This document shows, piece by piece, positions 7,021-13,694 of a DNA stretch of 13,694 nt. Numbering within the stretch: the first letter of the stretch is position 1; each line of letters starts with the position of its first letter. The notes beneath the pieces are model-generated. The model saw only the letters and a list, made by a program, of their open reading frames with translations, was not told where the DNA came from and searched no databases. Origin of the DNA: an uncultured Gemmatimonadales bacterium (GTDB lineage: Bacteria; Gemmatimonadota; Gemmatimonadetes; Gemmatimonadales; GWC2-71-9); contig CAWJMT010000030.1 in the NCBI GenBank assembly GCA_963844035.1, positions 1-13,694 on the forward strand, written 5' to 3'. A program made the position numbers and the translations under genes.

Positions 7021-7996
7021 GCGGCGTCTCCCCGCGTTCGGCGCCCACCAAGTCTATGAAAACTTTGTGCAGCGACGGCTCCACCAGCTCGAAGCGCGCG
7101 AGCCGCACGCCCGATTGCACCAGCTCTCGCAGCAGCTCCTGTGGATCGGTGCCGGATGGGAGCTCGACTTCAGCGTATTGCCCGTAGTCGTCGACTTTGG
7201 ACACGAGCCGCCGGTCGGCGAAGATCCGCAGGGCGGCCGTATCCGTGCGCCCGTCGAAGCCGATGGTCAGATGCTGGCCACCATGCATGCGCTTGATCTC
7301 CGCCAGGGGACCGTCCACGAGCTTGCGGCCGTGCGCGACGATGCACAGCTGGTCGCACAATTTCTCGGCCTGCTCCATGACGTGCGTGGACAGCAACACC
7401 GTGACCCCACCGTTGCGGAGGTCCAGGACCACATCCTTGAGAACCTGGGCGTTCACGGGATCGAGGCCGGCGAACGGCTCGTCCAGAATCACCAGCGCGG
7501 GGTCGTGGAGCAGGGTCGAGATGAACTGGACCTTCTGCTGCATCCCTTTGGAGAGGTCGTCGACGCGACGGGCGTGCCACCCGCCCAGTCCCAGGCGTTC
7601 GAGCCAGGCAAGCGCGCGGGCGCGTGCAGCCCGGCGATCGACCCCCTTCATCTCGCCGAGGAACACCAGGACATCGAGCACCCGCATCCGGCGGTACAAC
7701 CCCCGCTCCTCGGGGAGGTACCCGATCCGTGCCGAGTGATCCCGCGCCGTGCCGGATCCCCCGAACAGCCGCACGCGACCAGCGTCCGGGAGGAGGATGT
7801 CCAGCATCATCCGGATGGTGCTGGTTTTCCCCGCTCCGTTGGGACCCAGCAATCCGTAGATGACGCCCGTCGGGACTGTGAGCGACAGGTCGTCCACCAC
7901 CGTGTGACCCGCGAACCGTTTGGTGATATGGTCCAACACAAGGGCAGGCGGGAGAGGCGCGGGGCGGGGCAGGCCGGCCGCGGAGGCGTCCGTCAG
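7013..7996 (-). CDS. ABC exporter ATP-binding subunit (NatA/YhaQ-like); start uncertain (CTG 7996, GTG 7939 or TTG 7936)
   Basis: Walker A GPNGAGKTS, GYLPEERGLY, signature LSKGMQQK, Walker B ILDEPFAGLDP, STH switch, C-terminal PSLHKVFI. Confidence 0.92.
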   Translation of the reverse strand: MTDASAAGLPRPAPLPPALVLDHITKRFAGHTVVDDLSLTVPTGVIYGLLGPNGAGKTSTIRMMLDILLPDAGRVRLFGGSGTARDHSARIGYLPEERGLYRRMRVLDVLVFLGEMKGVDRRAARARALAWLERLGLGGWHARRVDDLSKGMQQKVQFISTLLHDPALVILDEPFAGLDPVNAQVLKDVVLDLRNGGVTVLLSTHVMEQAEKLCDQLCIVAHGRKLVDGPLAEIKRMHGGQHLTIGFDGRTDTAALRIFADRRLVSKVDDYGQYAEVELPSGTDPQELLRELVQSGVRLARFELVEPSLHKVFIDLVGAERGETPRA

Positions 7997-8436
7997 GACT
8001 TCACGGCGTCCTTGAGCGCGTTCCAGGGAAGTAACGCACACTTGATCCGGACCGGGAATTTCGCGACCCCGGCGAGTGCCCGGAGATCACCCAGCCCCTT
8101 GTCGGCGGCGGCGGACTCATCGCCGTGCATCATGGCGCTCATCCGGTCCGCCAACGCGAGCGCGTCGGCCAGCCGCTTGTCCTTCACGATCTGCGTCATC
8201 ATCGAAGCGGCAGCCTGGCTGATCGAGCAGCCGCGACCGATGAATCGCACCTCTTTGATCACATCCCCGTCCATGCGCAGCTGCAACTCGATCTCGTCGC
8301 CACACAGGGGGTTGTTCAAGACGATCGCGTGGGTCGGCTGCTCGAGCACCCCTTTGTTGCGGGGCCGCCGGTAGTGATCGAGGATCAACTCCTGGTAGAG
8401 CGCGCTGAGCCTCGGCTCAGGCCGGGACGTATCCAA
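7993..8436 (-). CDS. sufU: SUF system Fe-S assembly / sulfur-transfer protein SufU
   Basis: LYQELILDHY, NPLCGDEI, GCSISQAAAS and GVAKFPVRIKCA give three Cys plus Asp. It lacks the IscU LPPVK motif. TTG start with a GGAG RBS. Confidence 0.95.
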   Translation of the reverse strand: MDTSRPEPRLSALYQELILDHYRRPRNKGVLEQPTHAIVLNNPLCGDEIELQLRMDGDVIKEVRFIGRGCSISQAAASMMTQIVKDKRLADALALADRMSAMMHGDESAAADKGLGDLRALAGVAKFPVRIKCALLPWNALKDAVKS

Positions 8437-9646
8437 ACAGCGCTCCAGCTTTGACCAGCGAGCCCACCAGGGCGTCGATGTCGTCGTGGTCGTTGTAGAG
8501 GTAGAAGGACGCCCGCGCCGTCGCCGCGATGTTGAGGCGTCGCATCAAGGGCTGGGTGCAGTGATGACCGGCCCGGATGCACACGCCGTCCTGATCGACG
8601 ATCGTCGCCAGGTCGTGGGGATGAATGTCCCCGTAGGTGAACGAGACCACCCCGGCGCGATGCTCGCGGGGCCCATACAAGGTGATGCCCTCCACCTGGC
8701 TCAGCCGCTCCATGGCGGCGCGCGCCAACGCAACCTCGTGCTCGGCGATCCGCTCCATGCCGACGGCCTCGAGGTACGCGATGCCCGCCGCGAGCCCGAC
8801 CGCGCCTTCCACGTTGGGCGTCCCCGCCTCGAACTTGTGTGGGATCGCGTTGTAGGTCGAATGATCGTCCCACACGCGCGAAATCATTTCGCCGCCGCCC
8901 TGATACGGCGGCATGGCCTCGAGCAGCGCGGGCTTGGCGATGAGCGCGCCCGACCCCATCGGCCCGAGCATCTTGTGGCCGGACAGCGCATAGAAATCGC
9001 AATCGAGCGCTTGAACGTCCACCCGCAGGTGCGGCGTGGACTGCGCACCGTCGACCACCGCGACCGCACCGGCGGCGTGCGCCAGCCGGACGAGCTGGGC
9101 AACCGGGTTCACAGTTCCCAACGCATTGGAGACGTACGGGAACGCGACGATCTTCGGCCGGCGCTCGAGCGCCCGTCCGAAATCGGACAAGTCGAGGCGG
9201 CCATCCTCCGTGATCTCCACCATCGAGATGGTGGCGCCTTTTTCTTCGCAGAGAATCTGCCAGGGTACCAGGTTCGAATGGTGATCCATGGCGGTCACCA
9301 CGACCGTGTCACCGGCGCGCACGTTGGCCCGGCCGTACGCGTGGGCCACCAGGTTGATCGCTTCGGTCGTGCCGCGCGTGAACACCACGCCTTCCGGCGC
9401 CCAGGCGTTCACGAACCGTGCGACGCTTGCCCGTGCGGCCTCATACGCTTCCGTCGCCCGTACGGCGAGGTCGTAGGCGCCGCGGTGGACGTTGGCGTTG
9501 GTGGTGCGATAGTACTCGGCGATCGCCCGCAGCACCGACTCGGGCTTCTGCGTGGTCGCCGCGTTGTCGAGATAGACGAGCCGGTGTCCGTTTTCCAGCT
9601 CGCGCAGCAGGGGGAAGTCGGCCCGGATCCGGGCGGTGTCGAGCAC
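8417..9646 (-). CDS. sufS: Cysteine desulfurase SufS (class II)
   Basis: YLDNAATTQKP, NVHRG, SGHKMLGP (PLP Lys), KFEAGTP, RAGHHCTQPL (catalytic Cys), RASFYLYN. Confidence 0.98.
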   Translation of the reverse strand: MLDTARIRADFPLLRELENGHRLVYLDNAATTQKPESVLRAIAEYYRTTNANVHRGAYDLAVRATEAYEAARASVARFVNAWAPEGVVFTRGTTEAINLVAHAYGRANVRAGDTVVVTAMDHHSNLVPWQILCEEKGATISMVEITEDGRLDLSDFGRALERRPKIVAFPYVSNALGTVNPVAQLVRLAHAAGAVAVVDGAQSTPHLRVDVQALDCDFYALSGHKMLGPMGSGALIAKPALLEAMPPYQGGGEMISRVWDDHSTYNAIPHKFEAGTPNVEGAVGLAAGIAYLEAVGMERIAEHEVALARAAMERLSQVEGITLYGPREHRAGVVSFTYGDIHPHDLATIVDQDGVCIRAGHHCTQPLMRRLNIAATARASFYLYNDHDDIDALVGSLVKAGALFGYVPA

Positions 9647-10986
9647 TAGACCCGCCGCCCGCCCGAGGAGCGGTCCGCCAGGCGCGCGCGGATCACGAGA
9701 TCGAGCTCGTTGCGCAGCTCCGGATGCTCCATGCGCCCGAGGATCTCGGCGGCAAAGCCGTAGGTCAACAGACCAGCCGCCATGTCGGGCGACAGGCCGC
9801 GGCTCCGCAGGTAGTAGAGCGCGGTCTCATCGAGCGGACCCATGGTCGAGCCGTGCGTGCACTTTACATCGTCCGCATAGATCTCGAGCTGTGGCTGGCT
9901 GTCGGCCCGGGCTTCGCCCGAGAGCAGCAGGTTGTTGTTGGTCTGCTTCGAATCGGTGCGCTGCGCGCCGGGACGCACGATGATGCGTCCGGTGAAGACG
10001 CCATGCGCCTGTTCGCCCAGGATGCCGTTGAAGAACTCATGGCTCGTGCAATGCGGCTGCGCGTGCTCGATCACGGTGTGATGATCGGCGTGCTGCTTGC
10101 CTCGCAGCAGGTAGAACCCGTTCAGCACCAGCTGGGCGCCGCTCCCGGCGAGTGTTGTGGCAATGTCGTGCCGCGACAACCCGGCGCCGAGCGTGATCGG
10201 GTGCAAGGCCAGCGTACTGTCCCGACCCTGCGTCGTGTGCGTGGTCGCGATGTGGTACGCCACGCGGCTGTCGCTCTGGATACGGTAATAGTCGACTCGT
10301 GCCCCCTCACCCACCGCGACTTCGGTGACGGCATTCGTCCAATAGACGCCGTCCGTGAGCGCGACGTGACGTTCGACCACCGTCACCCGGGCGCCGCGCT
10401 CCACGACCACGAGGCTGCGCGGATGCGACACCGTCGGGTCGCCGCTGCCCGACGTGGCGAAGACGAGCTCGATCGGCCGGTCGACGGTCACGCCCGCGGG
10501 CACGTGAATCACCGCTCCATCGGCGAGAAACGCAGTATTGAGCGCGGCGAATGCGTTCGTCTCGTAAGGGGCGTAGTGCGCCAGGTGGGCACGCGTCAGG
10601 TCGGGAGCCGCTGTGAGCGCCGCAGCGAGACTCCCCGCGCGAACCCCGGGAGGCAGACCGGTCAGGCTCGAGAGGTCGGGCGCGAAGCGGCCGTCCACGA
10701 ACACAGCGCGGGCCGCGCGCGGGCCGGCAAGAAAGAGCACCTGGAGCTTTCCCGAGGGCGCGCCGCCTGCCCGTCCAGCGAGCGCGAACGGCGTCTCCGC
10801 GATCGGCGCGGTGCTCGTGAATCGCCACGCTTCCTGTTTCATGGTGGGGAATCCGAGCGCCGCGAACCGGGCGATCGCCGCCTCGCGAATCTCCCTCAGC
10901 CACCCGGGAGCGCCGGCGGCGCCGTTGCCCGCGAATTTCCTGAAGTCCGCGACGTAGCGGCCGGTGACGTCCACCGGTTGCGTCAT
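9646..10986 (-). CDS. sufD: Fe-S cluster assembly protein SufD
   Basis: FPTMKQEAWRFT, FAALNTAF, QTNNNLLLS, PQLEIYADDVKCTHGST, YLRSRGL. The start is placed at the ATGA overlap with the sufC stop (MTQPVDV). Confidence 0.97.
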   Translation of the reverse strand: MTQPVDVTGRYVADFRKFAGNGAAGAPGWLREIREAAIARFAALGFPTMKQEAWRFTSTAPIAETPFALAGRAGGAPSGKLQVLFLAGPRAARAVFVDGRFAPDLSSLTGLPPGVRAGSLAAALTAAPDLTRAHLAHYAPYETNAFAALNTAFLADGAVIHVPAGVTVDRPIELVFATSGSGDPTVSHPRSLVVVERGARVTVVERHVALTDGVYWTNAVTEVAVGEGARVDYYRIQSDSRVAYHIATTHTTQGRDSTLALHPITLGAGLSRHDIATTLAGSGAQLVLNGFYLLRGKQHADHHTVIEHAQPHCTSHEFFNGILGEQAHGVFTGRIIVRPGAQRTDSKQTNNNLLLSGEARADSQPQLEIYADDVKCTHGSTMGPLDETALYYLRSRGLSPDMAAGLLTYGFAAEILGRMEHPELRNELDLVIRARLADRSSGGRRV

Positions 10987-11741
10987 GCCACGGGTGCCTC
11001 GTCCCGCGCCCACTCGTTGTAGCCCTTCGCTTCGAGCTCGAGCGCAAGATCCTTCCCACCGGATTTGACGATCCGCCCACCCGACAGCACGTGCACGAAG
11101 TCCGGCGCGATGTGCGTCAGAATCCGGTTGTAGTGGGTGACGAGCACGACGGCGTTGTCGGGGCGCCGCAACAGCGTCACCGCGTGAGCCACCGTCTTGA
11201 GCGCGTCGATATCGAGCCCGGAGTCCGTCTCGTCCAGAATGGCGAACTTGGGCTCGAGCACGGCCAGCTGGAGAATTTCGTTGCGCTTTTTCTCACCCCC
11301 CGACAGGCCTTCGTTCACCGGCCGGTCCAGGAAGCTGTCGTCCCAGCCGATGACCTTGAGCTTGGCCTCGAGCAGGTCCATGAACTCGACCGGTCCGAGC
11401 TCCTCGTCACCCCGCTGCTTGCGGATCGCGTTGAGCGCCGCGCGCAGGAAGTAGGCGTTGGTGATGCCCCGGATCGACACCGGATACTGGAACGCGAGGA
11501 ACACGCCTTCGCGGGCCCGCTCTTCGGGCTTGAGGGCGAGCAGGTCGGCGCCGCGGTAGCGGACGCTTCCCTCGGTGACGGTGAACGCCGGATGGCCGGC
11601 AAGCACCTGGGCGAGCGTGCTCTTGCCCGAGCCATTCGGCCCCATGATCGCGTGCACTTCGCCCGCTTCGACCGTCAGGTCGATGCCGCGCAGGATCTCT
11701 TTGCTCTCCACCGCGACGTGGAGGTTCTCAATCTGGAGCAA
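10983..11741 (-). CDS. sufC: Fe-S cluster assembly ATPase SufC
   Basis: GEVHAIMGPNGSGKST, FLAFQYPV, VNEGLSGGEKKRNEILQ, ILDETDSGLDIDAL, THY. TTG start as the sequence stands (see the indel finding). Confidence 0.98.
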   Translation of the reverse strand: MLQIENLHVAVESKEILRGIDLTVEAGEVHAIMGPNGSGKSTLAQVLAGHPAFTVTEGSVRYRGADLLALKPEERAREGVFLAFQYPVSIRGITNAYFLRAALNAIRKQRGDEELGPVEFMDLLEAKLKVIGWDDSFLDRPVNEGLSGGEKKRNEILQLAVLEPKFAILDETDSGLDIDALKTVAHAVTLLRRPDNAVVLVTHYNRILTHIAPDFVHVLSGGRIVKSGGKDLALELEAKGYNEWARDEAPVA

Positions 11742-11756
11742 GGGCTGTGCGTGGGC

Positions 11757-13193
<1,437 letters not shown>

Positions 13194-13296
13194 GACGACT
13201 CCCGATGAGACGATGCAGGTACTACTTCGAGCCATGTACCAGCCCGAAGTCATTTACAGGACTGCAGTTGCATGGTTTGGGCAGGTACCTGGTCGA

Positions 13297-13321
13297 AATC
13301 CTAAGCGATTTACTCGGGATT
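13297..13321. promoter_or_regulatory. Putative Rrf2/IscR-type operator overlapping the suf promoter
   Basis: AATCCTAAG-CGATTTA-CTCGGGATT is a 25-bp 9-7-9 imperfect palindrome (7/9) covering the -10 and the spacer. Confidence 0.6.
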
Positions 13322-13326
13322 GTCAA
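13298..13326 (-). promoter_or_regulatory. Sigma70-type promoter of the suf operon
   Basis: On the minus strand, TTGACA (13326-13321, perfect -35), a 17-nt spacer, then TAGGAT (13303-13298). This implies a ~100-nt leader. Confidence 0.85.
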
Positions 13327-13412
13327 CCAAACGAGAAACGGGCCCCCCGTCGCACGAGCGATGCCGAACGCGGCGTTTGCATTGGGGAGCGAAACCCCCA
13401 CATTTGCCGCCC

Positions 13413-13694
13413 ATGGCTGTCCGCCGAATCCGCCAATTCGGCGATCCGATCCTTCGCGCCCGGTCCGAACCGGTCCTCGACCACAAGTCGGCGGCCATTC
13501 GGCTGGTTGCCGACGACTTACGGGACACCCTGCGCACCGCGAAGAAGCGGTACCGGATGGGCCGCGCGCTGGCGGCCCCGCAGATCGGCGCGCCCGTGCG
13601 CGTCGTGTTCGTCGAGTCGGACAGCAGCGCTGGACGATGTTGAACCCGGAAATCACCGACGTCGGCTCGGACGACTTTATCGTGTGGGACGACT
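13413..13694 (+). CDS. def: Atypical peptide deformylase, frameshifted at ~13623 and truncated by the window edge
   Basis: MAVRRIRQFGDPILR...GRALAAPQIGAPVRVVFVESD, then after one missing base QRWTMLNPEITDVGSDDFIVWDD. Contains the GDPxLR, LAAPQIG and NPEI deformylase motifs. Confidence 0.85.

Noticed and set aside
6440..8374. 644-aa plus-strand ORF, and similar ones at 31..1374, 8486..9649 and 9418..11022
   Set aside because: Antisense to well-supported genes; low-complexity or motif-free translations typical of GC-rich off-frames.
13371..13410. Hairpin TGGGG-AGCGAAAC-CCCCA upstream of def as a terminator or ncRNA
   Set aside because: 5-bp stem with no U-tract, between divergent genes and coinciding with a putative promoter spacer.

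Overview
High-GC bacterial chromosomal window, probably next to the replication origin. Protein style and gene order suggest Gemmatimonadota, but this is inference only. Almost all genes form one co-directional minus-strand block: sufB-sufC-sufD-sufS-sufU, an ABC-2 (NatA/NatB, YhaQ/YhaP-like) exporter pair, a four-helix-bundle (23S rRNA IVP/Avd-like) gene, mnmG (gidA), an AT-rich spacer with a parS site, parA, parB, a membrane-anchored M23 peptidase (frameshifted at ~658) and a bactofilin that runs off the left edge across a perfect DnaA box. A divergent, atypical peptide deformylase (frameshifted at ~13623) starts at the right edge. The most unusual item is the ~570-bp four-helix-bundle cassette. 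It fills the permease-mnmG gap almost exactly and is bracketed by degenerate inverted repeats that pair better as RNA in the transcribed orientation (22/25 with G-U), like an rRNA intervening sequence placed in an mRNA. Also notable are an IscR/Rrf2-like operator inside a near-consensus suf promoter, a structured suf leader, a TAAGT-N15-ACTTA palindrome at the parA start, and translational coupling of parAB to an M23-bactofilin shape module. Several single-base indels suggest residual sequencing or assembly error.
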